Assembly (NCBI GenBank): GCA_047404135.1
Contig: JBDOIT010000001.1
Coordinates: 21,055-85,054, forward strand
From: Rickettsiales bacterium
Lineage (GTDB): Bacteria > Pseudomonadota > Alphaproteobacteria > Rickettsiales > JABSSG01
Direction: 5' to 3'
Length of the DNA: 64,000 nucleotides
Shown: in pieces, positions 40,895 to 52,186 of the stretch
Layout of the letters: each line of letters begins with the position of its first letter
Position numbering within the stretch: position 1 is the stretch's first letter
Position numbers and translations under genes: made by a program
Notes under the pieces: model-generated
What the model was told of the DNA's origin: nothing
Databases searched by the model: none
What the model saw: the letters and a program-made list of their open reading frames with translations, nothing else

Positions 40895-43090
40895 TCAAGC
40901 TTTTGTCTTTTGAACTTCCTCTAGTTCACCAGTAGAAGAATCAAAGTTATAATTGAACTTTAGAACCCCGTCATCTTGTCCATCTTTATAATGCAGCATA
41001 TTGGAAAATATTTTGCCCTTCCTTATATCAAAATTACCCCTAGTAATGATAATTTCTTTGCTTTGCCCCCCTTCAAGATTTATCTTCAATAACTTACCAT
41101 CCTTACATCTAACTGCCATATGTCCAACCATATTCTTGTCTAAAGATTCAGAGGTACGACCTTTAGACTCCACATACCCCTTTATGCCACACACTCCTTC
41201 TGCGCCACTAAACACCTTATCTTGAAAACCACTTCGAGACCAAACCTCAGATAAAGGTATATTATCAGCACGGAAAGAAACATTATATCTTAAGCCCCCT
41301 TTTTTGCTTACCTTTCCGAAAAGATCTATTATGGTTCCAAAAATCTTTGCTTTGCACCCCTTAAACTCCACATTGTTATGCTCAAATCTCACATCACATT
41401 TAGCCCATTGAAAATCTTTGTAATCCATATTATTTATCTCTATCTCTCCCCCTCCCTTCAGCTTCTCGAATTCAAATTTATCTAAAGAGTTCACCCGATT
41501 ATTCAAATAGCTTACATTGCGTAGTAGCAATATTTCTTCTAATAACCCATGAAAATCACTTACCTTTACATTTTTCCCTTTGAAGTTACTATTAAACGTT
41601 CCTGCTTGTGGGTCTATCTTCATGCTCCCATATATCCCTCCATTCAGACACCTAATGTCGCTCAAAGACACCAACTCCTGCATATTAGAATACCTAAAAT
41701 GCATACCCACTTTATCTTTAGAATCCTTTTGTATTTTCATATCCAAACCCAACGTCCCACGGTCACCATATTGAGAAAATCTATCTCCGTATTTCTTTGC
41801 AAAGGATGAAGCCAACTGAAAATAATCCACATCTTGATTCGCAGAAATATCAGCAATCACAGTATCATTACTATTATTCAAACTGACATATCTGAAATTC
41901 TCAGACGCCATCTCTCCTTTTCCTTCCTTCAACTTCAGATCTCTGATAGAAAAAACAGCAGGAGTGATAGAAAGACTCCCAGAGGCGGATATAGGGTTAG
42001 AAGATTTCTCTTCTCTGAGATCAAAGATTTTAGCAAAGATTTTATAAGGGATATTTTTAATATCAAATTTACCATCATATCGAGGGTATAAATATTTATT
42101 AGAAACTCTTCCATTTGTGTGGAAATAAGATCTTTCAGAAGATTTGAACTTTAAATCTTTAATGGTAATTTCGTTACCCTTATCGCTCTCCAAGTCAATC
42201 ACCACATCTTTTAATTCCTCCCCCTCGTACGATACCTCCTGTATCTTGGTAGATAGCTTGATATTAAATTTGGCAATCTGCGTCAGAATATCATTCCAAG
42301 TCAGAACATCATTCCTACTAAAATTATATTCACTAAAGAATTTATCAAAATTACCACCTTTATGCGAAGAAACAATTTCTATAACAGGATAAGGAGAAGA
42401 AGGTTTAGAGTTATCAATCAATATTTTCATATCAATTACAGCGCCATGTAGTATGAGATTAGATACCTCAACCTTATCTTTCAAATGCTTGTAACTTCCT
42501 TTTAAAGAAAATTTTCCTCCTCCAAATCTCAAGCTACTTATTCCCATTTCCTTAAATGCCTCTTCTATGGACGACTCTAAAGTGAACGTCCCAAAAAGTG
42601 GCTGGTCGATTTCATCTATGTTAGGATTGTGTATTGTTTCTAATATTAACGTGTAATTTGGATCTGTCAGCTTGATGCTATATTTTAAATTATTCCTTTC
42701 TGTTAGAGAGCAATAACCTTTCACTTTGCGCCCAGATAAATCTGAGCCATTAAAGTCCAACCTTTCTTTATCGAAATTGTATTTCAACTCTATGATCATA
42801 TTCTTTGCATCAAAAGGTGAGTATCTACTCCAACTTCCCATATCTACAGAAGAATCATAAAGAAATACAATCTCTGAAGATTTACTGATGAGCAAGTCAT
42901 ATATTATAGTATTCTGATCTTTATCAGCTTCAGAAATCAATGTCGGAACAGGGAATAGTTGCAATGTTGACTTTCTTATAGAGTTTGCACTAGAATTACC
43001 AGCTGCATTCTCAGAATAATGGTGAGTTGAATAGAAAAAGAACCCCAAGGAAAAAATTAATGCTATAAAAAGTATTGATCTTATTCTCAC
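40895..43090 (-). CDS. AsmA-like outer-membrane biogenesis protein (divergent)
   Basis: N-terminal TM, LQLFPVPTL, beta-rich body and a C-terminal G.VESKG.T..L.KNMVG segment. Confidence 0.55.
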   Translation of the reverse strand: MRIRSILFIALIFSLGFFFYSTHHYSENAAGNSSANSIRKSTLQLFPVPTLISEADKDQNTIIYDLLISKSSEIVFLYDSSVDMGSWSRYSPFDAKNMIIELKYNFDKERLDFNGSDLSGRKVKGYCSLTERNNLKYSIKLTDPNYTLILETIHNPNIDEIDQPLFGTFTLESSIEEAFKEMGISSLRFGGGKFSLKGSYKHLKDKVEVSNLILHGAVIDMKILIDNSKPSSPYPVIEIVSSHKGGNFDKFFSEYNFSRNDVLTWNDILTQIAKFNIKLSTKIQEVSYEGEELKDVVIDLESDKGNEITIKDLKFKSSERSYFHTNGRVSNKYLYPRYDGKFDIKNIPYKIFAKIFDLREEKSSNPISASGSLSITPAVFSIRDLKLKEGKGEMASENFRYVSLNNSNDTVIADISANQDVDYFQLASSFAKKYGDRFSQYGDRGTLGLDMKIQKDSKDKVGMHFRYSNMQELVSLSDIRCLNGGIYGSMKIDPQAGTFNSNFKGKNVKVSDFHGLLEEILLLRNVSYLNNRVNSLDKFEFEKLKGGGEIEINNMDYKDFQWAKCDVRFEHNNVEFKGCKAKIFGTIIDLFGKVSKKGGLRYNVSFRADNIPLSEVWSRSGFQDKVFSGAEGVCGIKGYVESKGRTSESLDKNMVGHMAVRCKDGKLLKINLEGGQSKEIIITRGNFDIRKGKIFSNMLHYKDGQDDGVLKFNYNFDSSTGELEEVQKTKA

Positions 43091-43143
43091 TGAAGTTCTA
43101 CGAAACTAATTTAAAGAAGTAACAATAGCAAAAAATCTAAAAA

Positions 43144-43644
43144 ATGGATAGAGAAAAACTAGTTAAAATTGGGAAAATAATATCAGCACATGGGGTTAGG
43201 GGTTTAGTAAAAATAAAATCCTATGCAGAGAAAGCCTCTGACCTATCTAAATATGGAAAAATATATAATAGCTCAGGGAATATAATTGAGTTGAAAATTA
43301 AATCTGTCAACAAAGACATACTAATTGGAAGTATAGAGGATATAAATTCTGTAGAAGAAGCTGAGCCAATGTTAAAAACCGATCTATACATTTACCGCAC
43401 TGCTTTGCCGCAACTAAAAGAGGATGACTTCTATGTGCAAGATTTATCTGGAATGAATGTAACAGATGATAAAAATAATCATATAGGAAATATATTAGAT
43501 GTACAAAATTTTGGATCCGGGGACCTTTTGGAAATACATTTCTTAAAAGACAACAAATCTGAATATATACCTTTTACCAAAAAATACTTCCCAACCGTAG
43601 ATCTTGTAAGAAGAATTATAATCATGAGAAATAAACTACTTTAG
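43144..43644 (+). CDS. rimM: 16S rRNA processing protein RimM
   Basis: IGKIISAHGVRG, DDFYVQDL.G, NFGSGDLLEI and IPF motifs. Confidence 0.96.
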   Translation: MDREKLVKIGKIISAHGVRGLVKIKSYAEKASDLSKYGKIYNSSGNIIELKIKSVNKDILIGSIEDINSVEEAEPMLKTDLYIYRTALPQLKEDDFYVQDLSGMNVTDDKNNHIGNILDVQNFGSGDLLEIHFLKDNKSEYIPFTKKYFPTVDLVRRIIIMRNKLL

Positions 43645-44108
43645 TTGGCAGATTTATGAAGATAGTAAAACACATGCACGATCTGAAGGATATAATGCAG
43701 AGGTAGGTATATTATAGTATGCAGAGCAATTAAATTCAGAGATTGAAAAAGCGGCATATTATTTAGCTACTATGTCAGACGCGCTAGAATTTTGTGTATT
43801 TGTGTATCAGAACTAATTGGTAGCCCTAGTGATGCAATGTATCAAGCAGAGATAGCTCCCCCCTAAGATGTCAGCTCGGGAGCATAAATATACTACATGA
43901 TAGAGAAGTTGATGCGCATTACTCCGACCTAATGCGACTGGTCATACTGAATGGTCAAAATCTTTTGCTTCCAACTATAGACACAGCCGTTGTCTTCAGA
44001 GCGTTAGTTGTAGGTATTGTTATAAGATTAGTTATCCAAGCATTGCTAAAAATAAATTTATTTTATCTTGATTTAATGAATGATGAATCTATAATCACCC
44101 CCTTAACA

Positions 44109-44183
44109 GGCCCCTTCGTCTAGCGGTTAGGACATCACCCTTTCACGGTGGAAACACGGGTTCGATTCCCGTAGGGGTCACCA
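44109..44183 (+). tRNA. tRNA-Glu (TTC)
   Basis: GGCCCCT/AGGGGTC acceptor stem, CTTTCAC anticodon loop, GGTTCGATTCC T arm and encoded CCA. Confidence 0.97.
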
Positions 44184-44198
44184 GCTTTATTTGCTAGC

Positions 44199-44921
44199 GT
44201 GACACAGCCATTAAAAAATAAAATCGCAATTATCTTTGGCTCCACTGGAGGCCTTGGCAGCGCAATAGCACATAAATATATAGATAATGGCGCGCATATT
44301 ATTTCTGTAGGTCGAGATCTAAAGAAACTTGAAAAGCTAGATGACTATGCAATGGGCAAAGATACTAGCACTACAATAGTTCAAATAGATTTCACAGACT
44401 TAACAAAACTCCAAAATTTAGCACAAGAAATAAAAAATAGATTTGGCAGTATAGATATCCTGGTTTCTACCATAGGAGCAATAGGTGAAGTCAGCCCATT
44501 AGCTCATTATGATGAGAAGGTTTGGGATAAAATTATTGATATAAACTTGAATGCAAATTGGAAAATACTTAAATCAATGCACCCTCTACTAATAGAATCA
44601 CAGAATGCCGTGGCTTTATTTGCTACTGGGGATATGAGTAAAACTCATAAAGCTTATTGGGGCGCATACGCGGTCTCCAAAGCGGCTTTAAAAGAAATGG
44701 TCACAATATATTCCGAAGAATCAAACGTCAGAATAAATCTTGTAGAGCCCGAGCCTAGCTATACTAAATTTATAGCCAAAGCCTTTCCAGGAAAAACAGA
44801 GGGTGATTTTAAAAAACCTTCAGAAGTCAGCGAAATTTTTGTGACAAGCGCTATCAGAAGTAATATAATTAGTGGGGATACTATATCCTATGAGTTAACA
44901 ACTTCTGAATCAGATGCATAA
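44199..44921 (+). CDS. SDR family oxidoreductase (YciK-like)
   Basis: GSTGGLG and AYWGAYAVSKAA (YxxxK) motifs. Confidence 0.9.
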   Translation: MTQPLKNKIAIIFGSTGGLGSAIAHKYIDNGAHIISVGRDLKKLEKLDDYAMGKDTSTTIVQIDFTDLTKLQNLAQEIKNRFGSIDILVSTIGAIGEVSPLAHYDEKVWDKIIDINLNANWKILKSMHPLLIESQNAVALFATGDMSKTHKAYWGAYAVSKAALKEMVTIYSEESNVRINLVEPEPSYTKFIAKAFPGKTEGDFKKPSEVSEIFVTSAIRSNIISGDTISYELTTSESDA

Positions 44922-45078
44922 AAAAGAAATATTTTCAGATGATATGACAGTAAAGTGCGGAGGGTTTTATTCTGAATCAAATCACCCTAATGTGTATTTA
45001 AAAATGAGTGAGTCTACTCCTCAATCTGCTATATGCCCATATTGTAATATAAAATATATTATGAGGGATAGAGTATAA
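44914..45078 (+). CDS. zf-CHCC zinc-finger protein (NDUFS6-like), 54 aa
   Basis: Below the ORF-track cutoff. [17 protein letters not shown]...NHPNVYL...[10 protein letters not shown]; stop overlaps the parC ATG (TAATG). Confidence 0.85.
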   Translation: MHKKEIFSDDMTVKCGGFYSESNHPNVYLKMSESTPQSAICPYCNIKYIMRDRV

Positions 45079-47264
45079 TGTCTGAAAGCGAAGGCACCAT
45101 AGAGTCAATCAACTTCATAGAAGCCCTTGAAGAAAGATATCTGAGCTATGCTCTCTCTACCATCATGTCCAGATCACTACCTGATGTTCGAGATGGTCTG
45201 AAGCCAGTGCATAGAAGGATCTTATACTCTATGATGCTTTTAAAATTAGACCCACATCATGCTTATAAAAAATGTGCCAGAATAGTTGGTGATGTAATAG
45301 GTAAATTCCACCCTCATGGTGATTCTGCCATCTACTCAACATTAGTGCGTCTTGCTCAAGATTTTTCTGTAAGATACCCGCTGATAGATGGGCAAGGTAA
45401 CTTTGGGTCTATAGATGGAGACTCCCCTGCTGCTATGCGTTATACAGAATCTAGGCTTACCAATGTTGCAGTAGAACTACTCAAGGATATAGATAAAGAT
45501 ACAATAGATTTTAAAGACACATACGATTCTCAAGATAAAGAGCCAGTATTACTGCCCGCTTCTTTCCCAAACATCTTAGCCAATGGATCTGAGGGAATCG
45601 CAGTTGGAATGGCAACTAACACTCCTCCTCATAATCTAGATGAGATATGTGGAGCCCTACACCATATAATAAAACACCCAGAAGCTAGTATCAAATCCTT
45701 GATGAAATATATCAAAGGACCAGATTTCCCCACTGGAGGTCTTTTAATAGAATCAGAAGAAGATATATTAAAATCTTACTCCACTGGTCGAGGATCTTTC
45801 AGAATTCGATCAAAATGGGAAAAAGAAGATTTACAACGAGGACAATATGTAATTGTTGTAACAGAAATCCCATACCAAGTCTCCAAGGCTAGATTGATAG
45901 AGAAAATAGTAGACCTATATAAAAACAAAAAACTTCCACTCCTTGGCAATATCAGGGATGAATCTGCGGAAGATATCAGAATTGTACTAGAACCAAAATC
46001 AAGAGATGTAAACCCAGAGATGCTCATGGAATCTATATTCAAAACAACAGAGTTTGAAACAAGATTCTCTATGAATATGAATGTATTGACCTCTGACTCT
46101 ATACCAAAAGTAATGAATCTAAAGGAAATCTTGGATGAATTCCTTGAATTTAGACAAGAAGTAACACTAAGAAGAACAAAACACAGATTGAACAAAGTTG
46201 ATCACAGGCTTGAAGTATTAGAGGGTTTCCTGATTGTTTACCTAAACCTAGATGAAGTAATAACAATCATTAGAACTGAAGATGATCCAAAACTCACCTT
46301 AATAAAGATGTTTGCACTTACTGAGATCCAAGTCGAATCAATTTTAAATATAAGGCTGAGATCACTTAGAAAGCTAGAAGAGGAAGAAATCCGCAAAGAA
46401 CATTCCTCATTAAAACAAGAGCAAAAATCTTTAAAAGCACTAATCGCAAGCAAAGATCTTAGATGGAAATTGATTTCAGATGAGATCAATGAAATAAAAA
46501 CCAGGTATGGAAAGAAAGTCAAACTCGGCAAAAGAAAGACACAAATATTGCACTATATAGAAAAAGTTGATGTTCAGGCTCCAGAAGCTTTTATAGAAAA
46601 GGAGAAAATTACCATATTCTGCTCTAACAAAGGGTGGATTAAGGCATTAAAGGGACACTCCCTAGACAAGAAAATTAATTATAAAGATGGAGACAAGGCA
46701 AGGTTCACAATAGAAGCAACAACATTAGATAAACTTCTGTTTTTTACAAATGACGGTAGAGTGTTTACACTTGGATGCAATAAATTTCCGCGTGATAAAT
46801 CAGAAAGTGCTCCTATCAAATTCTTTTTAGATACAGGAGATTCAAATTTAACTCATCTGGATCTATACAAGAAAGATGTAAAATATTTATTAGCATCAAC
46901 ACAGGGAAGAGGATTCATCACACATGCCAATGATTTACTTGCTCAAACAAAATCAGGGAAAAATGTAATGAATTTAGATGAGAAGGACTCGCTCAAGATA
47001 GTTGAAGAAGTGACAGAAAAGCATTTAGCTGTTATGGGAAGCAACGAAAAAGTTCTTGTGTTTGCTATCTCTGAACTTCCTGAGATGAAGCGAGGGAAAG
47101 GCGTGATACTGCAAAAATACAAAGATACCAACAAATTGCACGCAGCGAAGACTATAAGCATCGAAGAGATGGGAGCTCAAAATATTGGTGGACGACGCGT
47201 AACTACAAAAACATTAGAGAGATCTATAGGAAAACGCGCAAGCGTTGGAATAAACTACAAATAG
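45078..47264 (+). CDS. parC: DNA topoisomerase IV subunit A
   Basis: [47 protein letters not shown] and MKRGKGV motifs. Confidence 0.95.
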   Translation: MSESEGTIESINFIEALEERYLSYALSTIMSRSLPDVRDGLKPVHRRILYSMMLLKLDPHHAYKKCARIVGDVIGKFHPHGDSAIYSTLVRLAQDFSVRYPLIDGQGNFGSIDGDSPAAMRYTESRLTNVAVELLKDIDKDTIDFKDTYDSQDKEPVLLPASFPNILANGSEGIAVGMATNTPPHNLDEICGALHHIIKHPEASIKSLMKYIKGPDFPTGGLLIESEEDILKSYSTGRGSFRIRSKWEKEDLQRGQYVIVVTEIPYQVSKARLIEKIVDLYKNKKLPLLGNIRDESAEDIRIVLEPKSRDVNPEMLMESIFKTTEFETRFSMNMNVLTSDSIPKVMNLKEILDEFLEFRQEVTLRRTKHRLNKVDHRLEVLEGFLIVYLNLDEVITIIRTEDDPKLTLIKMFALTEIQVESILNIRLRSLRKLEEEEIRKEHSSLKQEQKSLKALIASKDLRWKLISDEINEIKTRYGKKVKLGKRKTQILHYIEKVDVQAPEAFIEKEKITIFCSNKGWIKALKGHSLDKKINYKDGDKARFTIEATTLDKLLFFTNDGRVFTLGCNKFPRDKSESAPIKFFLDTGDSNLTHLDLYKKDVKYLLASTQGRGFITHANDLLAQTKSGKNVMNLDEKDSLKIVEEVTEKHLAVMGSNEKVLVFAISELPEMKRGKGVILQKYKDTNKLHAAKTISIEEMGAQNIGGRRVTTKTLERSIGKRASVGINYK

Positions 47265-47732
47265 TTATTTAGATTCTTTTGAAATCTTATCCAAGACACC
47301 ATTCACAAAAGAAACTTCAGAGTCATTAAAGAAAGAAGAGGCTATCTTGACATACTCCTTAATGGCCACTTTAAAGGGTGTGTCGAAATATTTGAGCTCT
47401 GCTATAGCACAACGCAGCAAGGACAACATCAGCATGTTCATACGCTCAATAGCAGAGCTATTGCTTGCAGAGCCCTCTATTGCTTCATCAATTTCACCCA
47501 ATTTTGATATTGCAGCTTGAAGGAGCTTCTCAACAAATTTTTTATTAGGCTTTTCACCTTCAATAGAACATTCCCTCAGCAATTCTTTGTCTTTGTGGTT
47601 CGCTAATTGCGCATCCAAATGATCTTCAAAATTCTCTAAAGCATACAGATCTTTTCCTCCGCTAGTTTCAAGGGAATATAAAATTTGGACCCCCGCGAGC
47701 CTAGATGATGTGTTTTTGTAAATTTTACTCAT
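47265..47732 (-). CDS. nusB: Transcription antitermination factor NusB
   Basis: SRLAGVQILY, LLRCAIAEL, TPFKVAIKEYV and FVNGVLD motifs; the upstream ORF extension is spurious. Confidence 0.9.
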   Translation of the reverse strand: MSKIYKNTSSRLAGVQILYSLETSGGKDLYALENFEDHLDAQLANHKDKELLRECSIEGEKPNKKFVEKLLQAAISKLGEIDEAIEGSASNSSAIERMNMLMLSLLRCAIAELKYFDTPFKVAIKEYVKIASSFFNDSEVSFVNGVLDKISKESK

Positions 47733-47823
47733 ACCTAGAACTAATTTTATATAAAATATATAATAGTTTATTGTAATAACATAAAACGCGTTTAAAATTA
47801 TTAGAGAAACACTGATAAAAATA

Positions 47824-48318
47824 ATGAATCTAAAATACTTAAAAGCGCCTTTATATCCAGCCATTATAAAGATTTTTCTTTCTTTAGCTATGATTTTATC
47901 ATCAAACATGGCTTCATTTGCATCAACAAAAATCACTCCACCCACTTCAGACACTGTATCTGGAGTTAAAAACAGCGCAAATCTTTTAGGAAAACATATG
48001 TCCAATAATTCACAGGATCACCATTACAAAGAGATTACAGAGTCTGAATTACAACGAATTATAGATAATTTTCCGGAGCAAGATAAAACTGCACTGGCAA
48101 AAATAAAAGAAAATATTGCTGGATGGCCAGATGAAATTTTTGCAGAAGTAAGGAATTACAATCAATTTCTTATGGAAGCAAATAAACAAGCCCAGAGTAG
48201 ATATAGAAAATTAAGTCCATCAGCAAAACAGGCGCTGCAAACAGAAGAAGCTATGAAGAAAACCATCTCCCCAAACACAATCTCTGTTCTATCCGAAATA
48301 CATATTGAGAGTGATTAG
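47824..48318 (+). CDS. Hypothetical exported protein
   Basis: Signal-peptide-like segment ending ASFA, then a helical domain. Confidence 0.65.
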   Translation: MNLKYLKAPLYPAIIKIFLSLAMILSSNMASFASTKITPPTSDTVSGVKNSANLLGKHMSNNSQDHHYKEITESELQRIIDNFPEQDKTALAKIKENIAGWPDEIFAEVRNYNQFLMEANKQAQSRYRKLSPSAKQALQTEEAMKKTISPNTISVLSEIHIESD

Positions 48319-48322
48319 CCAA

Positions 48323-49861
48323 TTATCTATCTTGAGGAATATTACCTTCGAACAACTCAATCGTATACTTGCTATACAGACCAGAGATAAAGCTCTGCAT
48401 AACAGTGTCATCCATAAATTTTGACAATTGCATCTTAGTATCTTTAAATAACTTCTTAGAGGTATCTTGAGCGTTTTTTATTGATTTCAGCTTTGCAAAT
48501 GCAAAGTCATGATTTTTTGTAGGAAACACAGAAGATAGGTCCTCTACATTCTCTAGATTAAATATTTCTACTAAAATCTCTGGAGATATTCCAAACTGCG
48601 CCTTATCCTGTTCAGGCCGCGTTAACTTCACTGCATTGATGTCATAATCATTAAAGCTAGATGATTTTTTTAACACCGCATTCTTTATGAGATACGCATG
48701 CTTTTTCTGCTCTGCAAGAACTCTCTCTTGCTTCATCTCATAAGAGATCTCCTTCCTCACCTCTTCTATAGGTTTTGCCTGTGAAGGCTTAAGAGAGATG
48801 GTGTTCACGATATAATATTCTTTTCCTGCATCATCTTGCACTACCTCAGAAGAGACCCCCTCTTCCAGAGCGAAGGCTTCTTCTATAAGCTTCCTGCTAT
48901 TAGGCAATCTGCCTGATAGAGACTTTTTTGAAATACCAGAAATCTTCACATATTTTAATCCATATTGCTTTGCAACCCTCTCAAGAGCATTTCCCTCTGC
49001 TATAGAGTCTTCAATATCCTTGATAGATTCAAACATTACTTGCTCTAGTGTGTTCTGGACCAAGCCATTGTACGCATCCCCTCTATCAGAGCCCGATTTA
49101 AATTCCATTGAAGAAAGCTGTTGGTTTATCTGGTCCGTTGAAATATTAGCTATACTACGGAAAAACTCTGGTTTTATCGCGATATATTCTATATCCCTTG
49201 TTTCGGGGTTTGTGAATCTATTCTTATTACCATTATAATACAAATTCACCTCCTCATCTGAAACCCTAATGTCATTCAATGGCAGTCTTTTAACAAGGTA
49301 TAAATCCACATGTCTTTCTTGGTTATTATATATATTGAGCTGCTGAACAATTTTGTCAGGAACATCAAAACCTCTCATGATTTTGCTCAAAAAACGCATT
49401 CCTATCGTATCTTTAATATGACGTACAAAATCCTTTTCTTTTACTCCACTGGAACTGAGAGCTCTGTAAAAAATATCCTTATCAAATACAGATTTTTTAT
49501 TATGGAAGTTTGAGTTTTGGATAATCTCGCTTATCACAAGATCGTCACTAATATACATACCAAGATCTTTCAATTCTAATGCAATAAGCCTATCTTTAAT
49601 CAACTCATTTAAAGTTAACTGGTTTAAATTTACATTTGAAAGGTCGATCCCTGGGTGCGTATTTAGCAAAGAATTTGCTATATTCTTTCTACCACGAACA
49701 AATTCCGCAGTTGATACAGCCACTTTTCCATCTATTGAAACAATCGTATCTTTAGGAGTTCTGAGGCCTTGCATACCTGCTACTGCAAATATAGCAATCA
49801 ATGTTCCAAGCAAAATCTTGCTTAGCAGGCCTCCTGAAAACTTACTGAGTTTACTGAGCAT
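48323..49861 (-). CDS. PpiD-like SurA N-terminal domain chaperone
   Basis: N-terminal TM; LGMYISDD, F..K.VFD, YY..NKNRF..PETR motifs. Confidence 0.8.
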   Translation of the reverse strand: MLSKLSKFSGGLLSKILLGTLIAIFAVAGMQGLRTPKDTIVSIDGKVAVSTAEFVRGRKNIANSLLNTHPGIDLSNVNLNQLTLNELIKDRLIALELKDLGMYISDDLVISEIIQNSNFHNKKSVFDKDIFYRALSSSGVKEKDFVRHIKDTIGMRFLSKIMRGFDVPDKIVQQLNIYNNQERHVDLYLVKRLPLNDIRVSDEEVNLYYNGNKNRFTNPETRDIEYIAIKPEFFRSIANISTDQINQQLSSMEFKSGSDRGDAYNGLVQNTLEQVMFESIKDIEDSIAEGNALERVAKQYGLKYVKISGISKKSLSGRLPNSRKLIEEAFALEEGVSSEVVQDDAGKEYYIVNTISLKPSQAKPIEEVRKEISYEMKQERVLAEQKKHAYLIKNAVLKKSSSFNDYDINAVKLTRPEQDKAQFGISPEILVEIFNLENVEDLSSVFPTKNHDFAFAKLKSIKNAQDTSKKLFKDTKMQLSKFMDDTVMQSFISGLYSKYTIELFEGNIPQDR

Positions 49862-49867
49862 AACGAA

Positions 49868-50323
49868 CTAGAACCAACTTTTGATTTTTTTCCAAGCACT
49901 ATCTTTCCTTTTCTTGTCTAGTTCCAGTTGCCGTTTCTCTTCTTTTATTCCTTCTTTCTTTAAAACCTCCCTAATATCAGAGCGTTTATTATACTTTGTA
50001 AATTTACTAGAGAATTTTTTATCCCCATCACTCATAGATCCAGAAGGAGCGTTCTTGGATGCATCTTTCTTAGTCTTGTTTACAGGAACGCTTTCTTTCT
50101 TTTTTGTGAATGTGACTTCTAAATCTTCTTTCTTAGCTTGTGTATTGTCACCTGGAGGGTTCAACTCAAAGCTAGGAGGCACAGAAAGAGGGGGGCTCTT
50201 TAATACAGTATACTCATCTGGAGTTTTTCTTGTAATACCAAGGTTTCTTTTGGTTTCATTATCACATGAGGCAATAAACAAAGATGCCAGTATTAAAGGT
50301 AATGATATTAAAATTCTTTTCAT
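49868..50323 (-). CDS. DUF3035 lipoprotein
   Basis: Lipobox IASC; PDEYTV...PPLSVPPSFEL.PP; follows lspA. Confidence 0.85.
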   Translation of the reverse strand: MKRILISLPLILASLFIASCDNETKRNLGITRKTPDEYTVLKSPPLSVPPSFELNPPGDNTQAKKEDLEVTFTKKKESVPVNKTKKDASKNAPSGSMSDGDKKFSSKFTKYNKRSDIREVLKKEGIKEEKRQLELDKKRKDSAWKKIKSWF

Positions 50324-50808
50324 AAACTCTTCTCCTGATTTTTAGTACAAAGAGAGCAATATAAAAATATAAATGCTCCCACACAAATAAAACTGTCTGC
50401 CATATTAAAAGCAGGCCAATGGTAGTTCGAAATATGGAAGTCAATAAAGTCAAAGACGCCTCCAAACCTGGCTCTATCGAGCATATTACCAATAGCCCCA
50501 CCAATAATCAAGCTATACGAAACGGAGTATAGAGCACTATCCTCTTTAAACAATAAAAAGATTAAGGCAAGAGTAATTAGCATTGATAATCCTAGAAATA
50601 GAAAATTGCTATATTCAAAACTAGAGAACATTCCAAAAGACACCCCCTTATTCCACACATGCACAAGGTTGAACACAGCATTAACCTCTACCCCCCCATA
50701 CAATGGATGTACTAGGTCCATGAAGTATAGCTTTGTGACCTGATCAAAAAAAATCAACAAGACTATAGATAATGTGTATATCTTTTTATTTTTGAGCTCT
50801 TTATGCAT
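50320..50808 (-). CDS. lspA: Lipoprotein signal peptidase
   Basis: DQVTK, WNKGVSFG, GGAIGNMLDR, DFID and WPAFNMADSFI motifs. Confidence 0.97.
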   Translation of the reverse strand: MHKELKNKKIYTLSIVLLIFFDQVTKLYFMDLVHPLYGGVEVNAVFNLVHVWNKGVSFGMFSSFEYSNFLFLGLSMLITLALIFLLFKEDSALYSVSYSLIIGGAIGNMLDRARFGGVFDFIDFHISNYHWPAFNMADSFICVGAFIFLYCSLCTKNQEKSL

Positions 50809-51730
50809 TTAAACTTTCAAAATATTGCTGAGCTTTAATTTTATCCTTAGAACTCTGAGAAGCAATATCTTTTATAGAAGAATATAATTTTTGCCCCCTA
50901 ATATATTGGTGCAGCATAATTTTAACATTTTTTCCTATAACATTATCATGGAAATTTAATATATGCATCTTTAACGATGGAATGCCTTCTTTATCAGATT
51001 CTATGCTAGTAAATCCATAATATTTACAATTATCCCCTTCTATATAGATGCTTGCAGTATATGAGCCTACTTTTGGCAGCAACCTTCTCTCATATTGTAA
51101 GTTTATTGTGGGAAAACCTATTTTATTACCCACCTTACTTCCATCCACTACATGGCCGGATATAAAATAGTGATGCCCCAACATTTTTGATGCTTGTTCT
51201 ATATCCCCCTTCAGCAAGCATTTTCTCACAGCTGAAGAAGAGACAGCGGAGCCATTATCAAATTTTAACATTGGAGATATAGTGAATTCAAAAGAATACT
51301 CCTTAGCAGCATCCTGAATTACAGAGAAATCTACATCTGCATTATGTCCAAAATAAAAATTTTCTCCTACAAACAAATATTTGAATTTAAGATATTTAAC
51401 TATTTCTGATATAAAGATCCTTGGTAATTTTTTATAAAACTCACTATCAAACTTTTGAAGGAAAACGAAATCTACCCCCACCTCTTCAAGCATTTCTAGC
51501 TTATCACGCATATGTGTAAGCGCGATACATCCCTCCGATGCGCTCAAAAACTCTCTAGGATGCGGATCAAATGTCATTACATTAAACTTTATGCACTTAC
51601 TATCCGCGATTTCTTTCGCTTTTTTTAAGAGGTATTTATGACCTAAATGCAAAGAATCAAAATTACCTATTGCAAGTACTCCGCCTCTAGCAATCTCAGG
51701 GCAGTATTTGCAATCCCTTATAACCCTCAT
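50801..51730 (-). CDS. ribF: Riboflavin biosynthesis protein RibF (FAD synthetase; kinase domain degenerate)
   Basis: GNFDSLHLGH, TFDPHP, VSSSAVR and GFPTINL motifs. Confidence 0.9.
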   Translation of the reverse strand: MRVIRDCKYCPEIARGGVLAIGNFDSLHLGHKYLLKKAKEIADSKCIKFNVMTFDPHPREFLSASEGCIALTHMRDKLEMLEEVGVDFVFLQKFDSEFYKKLPRIFISEIVKYLKFKYLFVGENFYFGHNADVDFSVIQDAAKEYSFEFTISPMLKFDNGSAVSSSAVRKCLLKGDIEQASKMLGHHYFISGHVVDGSKVGNKIGFPTINLQYERRLLPKVGSYTASIYIEGDNCKYYGFTSIESDKEGIPSLKMHILNFHDNVIGKNVKIMLHQYIRGQKLYSSIKDIASQSSKDKIKAQQYFESLNA

Positions 51731-52099
51731 AAGCAACTGTAAGTTTTTTTGACAATAATATTAATACCACCCCCAAAAAAAATAATCAAGCATATCGGGT
51801 TTGCTCCACAGAAAAACAAGAGAAGCTTCTGCATTTATGGTTAATTCCACTTATATTACAATATATCGTCAAGCTGACACTTCAAATATTGGCATATCTT
51901 TGTAAAGTTAAAAACCTAATCGCCTTAGCCTTGGCCTTTTTTAGTATGGGTAAATTTTATCCTGTAATCCCAATAAAAGTTTATTATTTTTTCGATAAAA
52001 AAGATGTGTTTATATTTTTTATTACTAGCAGCATATGTCATACATAAACAAAAACACTTGCTCACAGATGTTTTTGGTAATATATATGGATCTTCATTT

Positions 52100-52186
52100 G
52101 CCCCTGTGGCGGAATTGGTAGACGCGGCAGACTCAAAATCTGCTGTCCTCCGGGACTTACCTGTTCGAGTCAGGTCAGGGGCACCA
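52100..52186 (+). tRNA. tRNA-Leu (CAA)
   Basis: GCCCCTG/CAGGGGC acceptor stem, CTCAAAA loop, long variable arm and encoded CCA. Confidence 0.97.

Noticed and set aside
43650-44100. Possible IS66 remnant (PVALGRSN on the minus strand) and the 63-aa ORF running into tRNA-Glu
   Set aside because: Only one short peptide resemblance, with no terminal repeats or further transposase motifs; the ORF overlaps the tRNA and its promoter.
47733-48005. N-terminal extension of NusB in the ORF track
   Set aside because: Overlaps the opposite-strand gene; NusB similarity starts at the ATG at 47732.
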